The notes beneath the pieces are model-generated. The model searched no databases, was not told where the DNA came from, and saw only the letters and a program-made list of their open reading frames with translations. The position numbers and the translations under genes were made by a program. This document shows, piece by piece, positions 18,452-26,835 of a DNA stretch of 53,148 nt (the first letter of the stretch is position 1; each line of letters opens with the position of its first letter). Origin of the DNA: a virus. Lineage: Duplodnaviria > Caudoviricetes. Location of the stretch: positions 1 through 53,148 of IMG/VR virus record IMGVR_UViG_3300042402_000726; one strand, written 5' to 3'.

Positions 18452-18760
18452 TTAAAATCCGAAAATCATTGCCATTGCAATGGATTTGCCTGTTGATACT
18501 GTACCCGCCCACGATAAAACACCAGATCCGTTGGTAACGATAACTTGGTTAACTGTTCCATCCGTTGTTGGATATTTCAAGCCAGCAGGATTGTTCATTA
18601 ATCGTTTAACAACGCCAGATTGATTTTCAGCATAAAGAGCCATATCAGCATCATTAATGTTGATAGCAAGCTCACCCGCAGTTAAATTTGCGGCATCTGG
18701 AGCTGCACCAGAAGTTGTAGTACGGTAAAGTTGTATCGGTGTGTAACCTGTTTGTGACAT
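18452..18760 (-). CDS. Tail-fibre attachment-type protein
   Basis: IQLYRTTTSGAAP...LTAGELAIN N-terminal fibre domain, PTTDGT.NQV..TNGSGVLSW, ends STGKSIAMAMIFG. Confidence 0.7.
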   Translation of the reverse strand: MSQTGYTPIQLYRTTTSGAAPDAANLTAGELAININDADMALYAENQSGVVKRLMNNPAGLKYPTTDGTVNQVIVTNGSGVLSWAGTVSTGKSIAMAMIFGF

Positions 18761-18764
18761 TGTC

Positions 18765-19115
18765 TTACCTCAAATTTTCTAATTTATAAAGCGTTGTCAT
18801 GTGCAAACCAGTCAACTCATCAATAATATTTTCAAGTGCTGGGATATTTTTTGCAATCTTGCTTCTGTTTTCGTTAAGCCAAATTATATCATCATGAATT
18901 AACCGCGTAACGTCATCAACCTCACCGTCAACATCACCAACGATGCCGAACGTTCCTTGATACGCTTCAACGAGCTTGTCAGTCATTTCGATAACATCAT
19001 CATAATAAGATCCAAGCGCACGATGAACTTCGCCATTTTTGGTTTTCCAGTGTTCAATATGAGCAGCATTCCTGCTTTCAAACATTTTGTCTATTAAATC
19101 TTCAATTGTTGTCAT
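18765..19115 (-). CDS. Ferritin/Dps-like four-helix protein (DUF5856-like)
   Basis: AHIEHWKT....HRALGSYYD......DKLVEAYQG...LENIIDE.......TLYKL. Confidence 0.8.
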   Translation of the reverse strand: MTTIEDLIDKMFESRNAAHIEHWKTKNGEVHRALGSYYDDVIEMTDKLVEAYQGTFGIVGDVDGEVDDVTRLIHDDIIWLNENRSKIAKNIPALENIIDELTGLHMTTLYKLENLR

Positions 19116-20788
19116 TAAAATGTGCCTCCGTTGATACCATTAGCGTTACCTGTTCCACCGTTAGCCACTGCAACAATTCCTGTTACATTTGCCGCTGTGC
19201 CTGTCGTGTTTTGATTAAGCGTTGGAAAATCTGCGGCAACAGCAATAGTCAATGCACCAGTTGTTGTGGTGCTTTTTAAAATACCCGTAGCTAAAGCAGA
19301 AGTCCCCGCACTATAATCTGTGCCAGTAGTAGCCGCAACCAATGCACTAGAGCTTCCTTTTAGCATTCCAGAAATGCTTGTTGTAAGTGTTATAGCTGGT
19401 GTTGTTGTTGCATCTGCTACCGTACCAGCAAAACCATTAGCACTAACAACTGAAACCGTTGTCACAGATCCTCCACCAGATCCAGCACCAATAGCTGTTC
19501 TAAAATCAGCGGCATTTAAAGCTGAAACGGTATTGTCTGCATTAAATCTTGGAAACGTGATTGCACTTGGATTGGTCAGCGTAAACATGCTTTGACCAAC
19601 CGTTGTACCACCCAGCGATGTTCTGCCTGTAGCGGCAACTAAGTTTGTACTACCGCCATTCCATTGCTGTGTTTGTGTGTAAGCTGTTGTCCAATTGGTT
19701 TGATTCGCTGTTGTTGGAATTGAATAACCAGTTGCAAATGTTAACGCTAATGTGCCAGACGTTGTGATTGGATTTCCAGAAATAGCAAGACCAGTTGGCA
19801 CAGTCATATCTACACTAGTTACAGTTCCAGTTGCTGTAATGCTTGCCGTAGAAACGCTTGTGATAACACCTTTAGAGTTTACTGTAATAACCGGCACTAG
19901 ACTTGCTGATCCGTAAGTATTAGCAGTTACACTCGAAGTTGGCAAATCCGCATTAACTAATGCACGAAACGAAGTCGGTGCTGCTGCTCCACTTGTTGGA
20001 CCAGCATATACTAGATTAGCCGCTTGATCTGAAACAATAAGAGCTGATCCCCACGTTGGCGCAGAAGATCCATTAGACACCAACACTTGACCCGCTGATC
20101 CAGCCGCACTAACATAAAGACCATCAGCACCAGACCAAACAATTGCTCCTGCCATCGGTACAATACTTTTTGCCGTACCACCATGACTTAAGCCAAGAAT
20201 ATTTTCAACTTCATTAGCACTCGATAAATCAACTTGCGGATGCTTATGATCTGATCGTGACATAGATGTGGCAACACCAGCAGATCCTGTTGTTAATCCC
20301 GCAAGTGGTGTGCTATCAGAAAGATTAGCGGCAAGCGTTACATTGGCGTTTAACGCACCACCACCTGTTAAACCAGTGCCAGCAATCACTTGACGTGTGG
20401 TAGGAACGTAGCCAGAAATCGTTGCGGCAATCGTTGATGCGGCTGTTACGCGACCATTTGCATCAACCGTAAATACAGGAATATTTGTGGCATCACCATA
20501 AGATCCAGCAGTAACGCCTGTTGTATTAAGTTGATTTCCGGTAATACCACCATTTGCCACACTAAGCGTTACATTGCTAGAAAGTTGACCGCCACCCGTT
20601 AAACTGGTGCCAGCGATAACTTGCCGTGTTGTTGGCACGCCAGAAACACTCAACAAATCCCCGACTCGTATTTGATAATTATTGCCTTGGTAGACAATCA
20701 TCATTAAGCTGTCTTCGTCGGCTGTTCCGGGAGCAGTTGGCAGTTGTGTTATCCGCGTTGGGATTAAATTGCTTGGTACGTCAGACAT
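19115..20788 (-). CDS. Tail fibre protein
   Basis: Repeats VPTTRQVIAGT.LTGGG.L..NVTL (x2) and GSYG...IP..TV...GR.T (x2), GTVTSV, NQNTTGTAAN, ends INGGTF. Confidence 0.85.
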   Translation of the reverse strand: MSDVPSNLIPTRITQLPTAPGTADEDSLMMIVYQGNNYQIRVGDLLSVSGVPTTRQVIAGTSLTGGGQLSSNVTLSVANGGITGNQLNTTGVTAGSYGDATNIPVFTVDANGRVTAASTIAATISGYVPTTRQVIAGTGLTGGGALNANVTLAANLSDSTPLAGLTTGSAGVATSMSRSDHKHPQVDLSSANEVENILGLSHGGTAKSIVPMAGAIVWSGADGLYVSAAGSAGQVLVSNGSSAPTWGSALIVSDQAANLVYAGPTSGAAAPTSFRALVNADLPTSSVTANTYGSASLVPVITVNSKGVITSVSTASITATGTVTSVDMTVPTGLAISGNPITTSGTLALTFATGYSIPTTANQTNWTTAYTQTQQWNGGSTNLVAATGRTSLGGTTVGQSMFTLTNPSAITFPRFNADNTVSALNAADFRTAIGAGSGGGSVTTVSVVSANGFAGTVADATTTPAITLTTSISGMLKGSSSALVAATTGTDYSAGTSALATGILKSTTTTGALTIAVAADFPTLNQNTTGTAANVTGIVAVANGGTGNANGINGGTF

Positions 20789-20791
20789 TCT

Positions 20792-21094
20792 TTACATCTC
20801 CAAATAAGAATTACCGTCCTCGGTAATAAAAAATTCATCGCCAGCTTCTTGAATAACGCCAGCAGGATGTGTGTTAATTGGTGTGTCTGGACGATTAAAC
20901 GGCAACACAATCTGATCCGGTCTACGCGGGGCAAGACGATAAGGATCGTATTCATCACGATCTTCTTTACACACCATCAAACCAGGATAATTTGGATCTG
21001 GTGAAAGCTCAGACAACAACATTTTTCGCGAACAACGACCACAAATGGCAATGCCATACGTTGGCTGTCCACTTGGATCGAGAAATACACTCAT
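20792..21094 (-). CDS. Conserved small virion-module protein with CxxC
   Basis: AICGRC...L...P..PGLMVC..D.D.YDP...RPD, next to the head-tail connector. Confidence 0.7.
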   Translation of the reverse strand: MSVFLDPSGQPTYGIAICGRCSRKMLLSELSPDPNYPGLMVCKEDRDEYDPYRLAPRRPDQIVLPFNRPDTPINTHPAGVIQEAGDEFFITEDGNSYLEM

Positions 21095-22071
21095 CGTGTG
21101 TAAACTCCGATACCAGGATTAATTTGAATTGGTGATCCGTCATTATCGCCATCCCACGCGCGTTGCAAACTAATAGCCGCTTTTTGCGCAAGAATAGCCA
21201 TTAATTGCATATCAACTGCCGGTGTTTCACTAGCAACCGCAGCCGCTAATCCATCAACAATTGCATTAATCCAGCGTTGTGGGATCTCAACATCTTGCTG
21301 TAAATTTTGCGTATCCATTATTTGACGATGCCGCCATAGGATTAATTGCGCTTGCTCTGCCGCTGAGAACGGTGCTGGCCATAAATTAACTACAGGTTGC
21401 GGCAGATCACGTTGAAAATAATAATTGCTCGGACGACCAGGAAAAACTTTGTTGCTTTGATTAACATAGCTATCACGATTCAACTGACCGAGTGGGATCT
21501 CTTGCGGCAAATTACCCATCGTGATTGCAGTATAAGAAATTGGCAAAGTTGATGTGATTCTAAAATATTGATAAGCCAGCGCACCAGAGATGTCTGTCCA
21601 TGTTATTTGACCTGCTGTAGCTGTGTCAGACGACGTTCCGACTGTAACCCATACAATGCCATTAGTGCTAACTTGGAATGTCAAAGGAACAGCGTTTGCG
21701 CTCCATTCAATACCAATAGTATCAACAGTGGTTTGTGTGGTGAAATTAACCGTGTAAGCCAGTGAAGTTGACACCACTGAGCCAGTGACTGGTTGCAAGG
21801 TTCTGTAATTTAGATTGAGAACCTCAACTGTGCCATTTGGCAATGTCACAATCGGCTGATTCTCATACATTGGTAGGATAACTTTTTCAATACACCAGCT
21901 TGGTGTTTTAATGTTTGCTAAATCAGAAAGTAGCAGATATAGCGATTCCAGTGCGTAAGTCTGCATTTCTGCTGTAATTGCTTGCGCAGGAAGTCGGCAA
22001 CGTCTAAAGGCATGATCCACGACTTTTATTGCGTTGAAAACCGTTGTACTTACTTCACCAGAATATGCCAT
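21091..22071 (-). CDS. Head-tail connector / tail tubular-like protein
   Basis: AFRRC...A.ESL.LLL.DLAN, Y....NK...GRP..YYFQR, LWPAP, IPQRW..AI..GLA. Confidence 0.7.
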   Translation of the reverse strand: MAYSGEVSTTVFNAIKVVDHAFRRCRLPAQAITAEMQTYALESLYLLLSDLANIKTPSWCIEKVILPMYENQPIVTLPNGTVEVLNLNYRTLQPVTGSVVSTSLAYTVNFTTQTTVDTIGIEWSANAVPLTFQVSTNGIVWVTVGTSSDTATAGQITWTDISGALAYQYFRITSTLPISYTAITMGNLPQEIPLGQLNRDSYVNQSNKVFPGRPSNYYFQRDLPQPVVNLWPAPFSAAEQAQLILWRHRQIMDTQNLQQDVEIPQRWINAIVDGLAAAVASETPAVDMQLMAILAQKAAISLQRAWDGDNDGSPIQINPGIGVYTR

Positions 22072-22096
22072 TTAATTAACCTCAGTTTTTTGCTAA

Positions 22097-22105
22097 ATTA
22101 TAGCA
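22097..22105 (-). promoter_or_regulatory. Extended -10 promoter (TGcTATAAT) for tail genes
   Basis: TGCTATAAT on the minus strand about 25 nt upstream of the ATG at 22071, followed by a GAGG RBS. Confidence 0.5.
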
Positions 22106-22702
22106 CTAACCTTTTTTGCTTGATGCTTTTTTAGCTTCAGACAACGCGATTGCCATTGCTTGTTTTTTGTTTGTCACTTCTGGGCCTTTTTTACTGCCAG
22201 AATGCAAATCACCCGCTTTGAATTCACCCATTACTTTGCCAATTTTTGCTGATGCTTTAGCAGATCCGCCTTTTTTCATCATAGCTTGACCAGGCACATT
22301 AGCTTGTGCAATTGCATTTAAAGGTGATGCTTGTTGTTGTCTTTTTGCCAATAATGTTTCACCACGTTCTTTAGGTGCAATCATAGGCTCACCACGTCTG
22401 CGATTTTGTGGTGCTTTGACCACTTGACGTTTAACTACTTCTTCACGTTGCATTCTTGGTGTTTCAAGCGATTCATGACGAACCATTGCTTCACGGCTTG
22501 GGTATTTTTCACCCGTAGCACGTTCAACGATAGGACCGCCTTTTGCTTTCATCATTTTGCCGCCACACGATCCGCCTTTGTCGTATCCACTGCATGAACC
22601 ACCTTTAGCATAGGCTTTTGCAGGTTCTTTTGCGCATGATCCTGTGTAGCCTTTGTCAGAGGGAAACTCAAACTCTGTTACATATTTTAATGATTTGCCC
22701 AT
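22106..22702 (-). CDS. Basic protein with repeated xxKGG motifs and a C-terminal DUF6496-like domain
   Basis: YAKGG, YDKGG, KAKGG, MKKGG. KIGKVMGEFKAGDLHSGS..G..VT..KQA.AIALSEA. Confidence 0.78.
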   Translation of the reverse strand: MGKSLKYVTEFEFPSDKGYTGSCAKEPAKAYAKGGSCSGYDKGGSCGGKMMKAKGGPIVERATGEKYPSREAMVRHESLETPRMQREEVVKRQVVKAPQNRRRGEPMIAPKERGETLLAKRQQQASPLNAIAQANVPGQAMMKKGGSAKASAKIGKVMGEFKAGDLHSGSKKGPEVTNKKQAMAIALSEAKKASSKKG

Positions 22703-22706
22703 TGTA

Positions 22707-22952
22707 TTAACCCCTTTCTATAATTCTGTCGAGCTTTGCATCTAAGATTTCCAGCCGACTCATTAAACGATCTATTTCTGTGTGAACTTCAACTTTTGTG
22801 ACGTATTCTCGTGCAACTTCTTCACGAGTTTTATTAAGCAAAATGCTAATCCGCGTCAGTTCATCGCATTTATATTTCAAAATGGCACCAATAATTGTAA
22901 TTATTAGTGACAACCCAATATTCCACAGCATGATTTGCATTTCGTTACTCAT
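22707..22952 (-). CDS. Small membrane-anchored coiled-coil protein
   Basis: N-terminal TM segment (LWNIGLSLIITIIGAIL), then LLNKTREEVAREYVTK...LDAKLDR. Start chosen after the upstream stop. Confidence 0.7.
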   Translation of the reverse strand: MSNEMQIMLWNIGLSLIITIIGAILKYKCDELTRISILLNKTREEVAREYVTKVEVHTEIDRLMSRLEILDAKLDRIIERG

Positions 22953-22956
22953 AACT

Positions 22957-23367
22957 TTAAGCCGCTGCGTAAGTTTTTTCACACTCAATCACAATTGAGT
23001 ACATGTCACCAGCGGAAGCGTCTAATGTTGTAAAAAGCAAATTACCGTTTGATCCAGTTCCTGCATTGTTAGGCAAACCGCCAAACATAGAAAAATCCAT
23101 CAAATAATTGGTATTTTGAGGAACTAACCATGTAAATAAATCAGTGGTTGCATCCCATAAAATACGCACTTCCATGCCATGCGTGGTTGCCCAGATTTTA
23201 TTGATCTTAACGCCATTACATGCGCGACCCCATCCATTAACGGCAAGTGTTGATACATTGATTTTGACAACAGCAGTTTCACCTGTGCCATCAGAGATAT
23301 TTGTAAACTTGGCGATGTACAATCGTTCGCCATCTAATATTGTTTGTGTAGCTACTAAATCAGCCAT
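22957..23367 (-). CDS. Putative structural protein
   Basis: MAD.V..QTI.DG....I.KFTN.SDGTGE..V.K pattern. GGAG RBS. Head-tail cluster. Confidence 0.7.
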   Translation of the reverse strand: MADLVATQTILDGERLYIAKFTNISDGTGETAVVKINVSTLAVNGWGRACNGVKINKIWATTHGMEVRILWDATTDLFTWLVPQNTNYLMDFSMFGGLPNNAGTGSNGNLLFTTLDASAGDMYSIVIECEKTYAAA

Positions 23368-23384
23368 GACGCTCTCCTATTGAT

Positions 23385-23409
23385 AAAATGAGGCGAATTA
23401 ACGCCTCAT
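23385..23409 (-). terminator. Rho-independent terminator-like hairpin after the capsid operon
   Basis: ATGAGGCG-6 nt-CGCCTCAT followed by a short T run on the minus strand. Confidence 0.55.
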
Positions 23410-23413
23410 CAAA

Positions 23414-23854
23414 TTAGCTTGCTTGTGTAAATGTCACACCAGCCGCAACAGCGCAGAACGCTTTTGCATACCAATATGTACCGTCACTGATTACTGTAAC
23501 TTGATCACCAGCAACAGCTTGACCATCAACAAAAGAAATGGTGTCATCAGCAGTGCCAGTATCACCAGCAACGCCAGCCGCGTTAACCGCTTGACCTTTG
23601 ATAATGTTAGCACTTGATGCAGTAACGACAGTGTAGCTTGCGCCAGAAGGAGCAGCAGTAACAATAAATGTGTAATTTAAACCAGCCGCAGGTGCAGGAA
23701 GTGTAGTTACAAATTCTGTTGCAGAGTTTAAAAAGAAAGTTGTACCACTTTGTGCGGCAGTTAAAGTAGATGCCGCTGTTGATGTTGTAACAACTTGTGG
23801 ACCGATAAAGCCATTTAAAGAAGTGACTGGTCCTGTAAAGGTGGTTGAAGCCAT
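23414..23854 (-). CDS. Putative capsid decoration / minor head protein
   Basis: MASTTFTGPVTSLNGF N-terminus, TLPAPAAGL.YTF. First structural gene after MCP and the endonuclease. Confidence 0.7.
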   Translation of the reverse strand: MASTTFTGPVTSLNGFIGPQVVTTSTAASTLTAAQSGTTFFLNSATEFVTTLPAPAAGLNYTFIVTAAPSGASYTVVTASSANIIKGQAVNAAGVAGDTGTADDTISFVDGQAVAGDQVTVISDGTYWYAKAFCAVAAGVTFTQAS

Positions 23855-23866
23855 GATGTATTCCTC

Positions 23867-23924
23867 ACATGAAAGGTTTTACTATGCAGTCTTCATGTCG
23901 TCTGTCTGGTCAGTCGTGCATAGC
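23867..23924 (-). promoter_or_regulatory. Putative cis-acting pseudoknotted RNA element abutting the RBS of 23854
   Basis: Stem GCTATGCA/TGCATAGT. Loop ACATGAAG pairs with downstream TTTCATGT, which sits next to GAGGA. Confidence 0.5.
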
Positions 23925-24595
23925 GTTTGAATTTTCCAGAAAATTACTATCTTCTAAGTATTTGATAGCTTGCTGTATTATATACTTATCATGTTTAAAT
24001 GCACCAATTGCATTATTGCATGATCTGCATAATAATCCGCGCACTTTTCCTGTGTCATGACAATGATCTACTGCTAATGATATTTTTTTGCCATGAATAA
24101 TAGAAGTTTCTGGCTCTTTGCAAATTGCACAAAGATGATTTTGTTTTTCAGATTGAGCGTTATACCAATCTAAATCTACACCATACATTTTTTTTAAATA
24201 TGTATTTTTTCCATATAAAGGATTTGCTTCACGAAATTTGCGTTGTTTTTCTTTTGCATCTATTGAGGCAGTTTCAACTTCACGCCAATAAAAATTATCT
24301 TTTGACCAAGGTTTAGTTTCAGTAATTCTACTTGCACGACTATTTGATGTTTTTTCTGGCACATCTTTTACAAATTTCCAAAAATCATTTGACCATTCAT
24401 CGCAAATATTTTTACGATGATACCTAATGATTCCACACCATATTCTATAAAGTGAATGTTTTTCGCGTTGACCCCAATCAGAAGGTCTAGTTTGATCTGT
24501 AGATTTGTGACGTTGATAGCGTTTGTAGTGTGTAGAACATAACTCCCGTGCTACCACAGGAGCTATGCAATTTACTATTGAACATTTTTAGCCAT
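23910..24595 (-). CDS. Free-standing endonuclease VII-type (His-Me finger) homing endonuclease, frameshifted near the start
   Basis: CAIC...LAVDHCHDTGKVRGLLCRSCN..IG. N-terminal C-x4-C...C-x2-H finger. The ATG at 24595 is out of frame at an A5 run. Confidence 0.82.
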
Positions 24596-24676
24596 TTTGC
24601 TTTCTCTGTTTTTATGAATAAAAAACTCATATTAACATCAAAAGCAGGCATTTGTCCAATTATGCTGGACTAGTCC

Positions 24677-25591
24677 TCAGACTCCGGCCGTCCCATAGAC
24701 TCCCCTTGGATCAGTCCAGCCGAGAGTGTATCTCTCTGTCGCCTTATATCTCATTGAGTCAGTTTCAAAATCACCTTCCATAGATTTTTCAAGACCACGA
24801 CGCATAAGAAGTTTTAAACCTTCTGGTGCATCAGTTTGAATCCACCATGCAGTAGATGAAGTGATACGAGATAAGTTAGCTTGACCGTCAGCAAGTAAAC
24901 CCATTGATTTAACTGGGTTGATGTCGTTGTCGGCTGTGCCTGCGCGTAGTGCTGATTTCAACAATACTTCAGCTTGGAAGATATTTGAAGGACCGGACAC
25001 GATTTGTTTTGGTGTTAAGCGAATACGTTTACCGTTGTTGTCAACAGCGTTACGAATCTGAATTAACATTTGTTCCAACGATGTTTGTGACAAGTTAGCA
25101 GCAGTTGATAACTGGTTGCTGAATGTGCCAGAAACGATTGGATGCGCTGTGGAAATCAAAGATACACCGTCACCACCTGTATATGAACCGTTGAATGCGC
25201 GGTTTAATACGTTAGCTGCTAATGTTTCTTTTGTTTCAATCAAAGATTGCGCTAAATGTTTCGCGTAAGTTTGACCAATACGGATGTGATCGCCATCTTC
25301 TACTAATACTTTGGTTAAGCTGAATGCCAAACCATATACTTTGTAAAGGTAACGTTGTAAGAACAACACACCACCAGATTGGTAAGATACTGCCATACCG
25401 TCTGGTAATTCTGGTGCCGCACCAAATCCATAAAGAACAGGTTCTTCGTGGTAGTTACGGGGAATACCTTTTTGTTCTTTGAAAACCTGTTTCCATTCGT
25501 CAGCACGTTGATCGTAAACACCGTCAAATACTTCGTTAAGGATTGGTTCGACTACCGATCTAAAATCGGTACTTCTCATTGGAGTTGCCAT
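24677..25591 (-). CDS. Major capsid protein
   Basis: 304 aa. EEPVLYGFGAAP...DG..V.Y, YGLAFSLT....ED, AANVLNRAF, GGDGVSL...AHP, DFETD..RYKA.ERY..GWTDPRG.YG. Optimised codons and GGAGG RBS. Confidence 0.9.
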   Translation of the reverse strand: MATPMRSTDFRSVVEPILNEVFDGVYDQRADEWKQVFKEQKGIPRNYHEEPVLYGFGAAPELPDGMAVSYQSGGVLFLQRYLYKVYGLAFSLTKVLVEDGDHIRIGQTYAKHLAQSLIETKETLAANVLNRAFNGSYTGGDGVSLISTAHPIVSGTFSNQLSTAANLSQTSLEQMLIQIRNAVDNNGKRIRLTPKQIVSGPSNIFQAEVLLKSALRAGTADNDINPVKSMGLLADGQANLSRITSSTAWWIQTDAPEGLKLLMRRGLEKSMEGDFETDSMRYKATERYTLGWTDPRGVYGTAGV

Positions 25592-25607
25592 GATTCAATA
25601 TCCTCCT

Positions 25608-26207
25608 TTAAACGGCATTAACTGGAGCTTTGTATTGTGATTCGTTCAAGCGAACGGTCATGTTTACATAAGCATCAGTAGCTGAATCAGTGATAAGGTA
25701 TGCATAACCGGTAATCTGGAATTGACCAGATGTCGCGACTTCTGCTGTTAAGTATGTTGAGCTGATACCAGTTGATGTTGATCCACCTGGTGAAGCCACT
25801 CGCCAGTCGCATTCGCCACCAACAGCAGTTTGAACTGAATCAGTTCCTGGTGTTCCTGGGTTTGCAAATTGAACGTCATAAATTGTTTCTGGATCGTCAT
25901 AAACCCAAGCAACGATTTGCGTACCAGTAGTACCACCAGTCCAGAATGGAGCGATAGTAGGTTTGCCAGTTGAGTCCAAGTATTCTACACCGGCAAAAAT
26001 ACCGAGTAATGAAATACCTGCAGCAGTACCAGAACGAGTACCGTCTGAAGTGCCGAGTTCAATTGTACCGGCAGTGACTAATTTAACTGGATCACCAGAA
26101 TAAATAGACGCAGCGTATGCGCTTGCGATTGTATAGGCTTTAGGACGCATCTGACCACTGTTGTGGAAAGATGGTCTGAAGCCATAAGGTGCGCTAGTTG
26201 AAGACAT
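25608..26207 (-). CDS. Capsid cement/decoration-like protein
   Basis: APYGFRP, IYSGDPV, LGIFAGVEY.DSTGKP, VYDDPETIY.VQ. Directly upstream of MCP. Confidence 0.75.
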   Translation of the reverse strand: MSSTSAPYGFRPSFHNSGQMRPKAYTIASAYAASIYSGDPVKLVTAGTIELGTSDGTRSGTAAGISLLGIFAGVEYLDSTGKPTIAPFWTGGTTGTQIVAWVYDDPETIYDVQFANPGTPGTDSVQTAVGGECDWRVASPGGSTSTGISSTYLTAEVATSGQFQITGYAYLITDSATDAYVNMTVRLNESQYKAPVNAV

Positions 26208-26244
26208 TATTAGCTCCTAAATGGAATAAGTTTTAAATGGTTCG

Positions 26245-26775
26245 TTAAGAGATGTCGAATTGCGCATCTCTATGTTCGCCAATTTCCAGATTGCCATCTC
26301 CCACAGTCAATCTTGACTTTGATGACTTAGCTTGCTGCTCAAGAAAATCTGCTGTATCAGTCAGTTTTTCTTCTTCACGCATTGGTGCATCGTGGTGCGC
26401 TTCGGTCATGTACTTTTCATAAAGTGATAACGGAAGTTTAAAAGCCAACATCTCGTTTACCCCAATGAAACCTTGCCAGTCGCCTGTTTTAAGCGTTGCG
26501 TATTCCCAGCCAGGAACGTCTTCTGGCTTCACGGGTTCATACCCTAATCGGATACGCATTTGGATGGAATCTCTGGGATTCGTTGTTGTTAGCCAGCAGC
26601 AATGCCAGCCTGGAAGTTTTGGCAAGTCCGGTAAACTGGACTGGAAAAAACTTTGTCGAAACATCTCAACCCGCTCGTCTTCGGTCACTTCCCGATTTTG
26701 TGTAACTGCGCGATCTGTCATCGCACGATTATTTCTATTGGTTCCAGCGGATTTGTTTAATCTTTCGTCTGTCAT
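26245..26775 (-). CDS. Conserved head-module protein
   Basis: LP.LP..PGWH.CWL.TT...D.I..R.RLGYEPV, IGVNEMLAFK.P. Between scaffold and capsid genes. Confidence 0.75.
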   Translation of the reverse strand: MTDERLNKSAGTNRNNRAMTDRAVTQNREVTEDERVEMFRQSFFQSSLPDLPKLPGWHCCWLTTTNPRDSIQMRIRLGYEPVKPEDVPGWEYATLKTGDWQGFIGVNEMLAFKLPLSLYEKYMTEAHHDAPMREEEKLTDTADFLEQQAKSSKSRLTVGDGNLEIGEHRDAQFDIS

Positions 26776-26805
26776 GATATTCGCTCCTTTCAGCGATTGG
26801 AAATA

Positions 26806-26833
26806 ATTATAAATTGATATTCAATAAACGCAA
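26806..26833 (-). promoter_or_regulatory. Sigma70-like promoter for the capsid operon
   Basis: TTGCGT-16 bp-TATAAT. The spacer contains the short dyad ATTGA-ATA-TCAAT. Confidence 0.5.
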
Positions 26834-26835
26834 TA

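Noticed and set aside
19115-20788. Internal repeats of the tail fibre as a novel feature
   Set aside because: They are ordinary fibre shaft repeats.
23867-23924. Hammerhead or other known self-cleaving ribozyme
   Set aside because: CTGA is present, but the CUGANGA and GAAA core is not.
23910-24676. Group I intron housing the endonuclease
   Set aside because: MCP ends with an intact conserved C-terminus and stop, the next gene has its own start, and I could not identify intron core elements.
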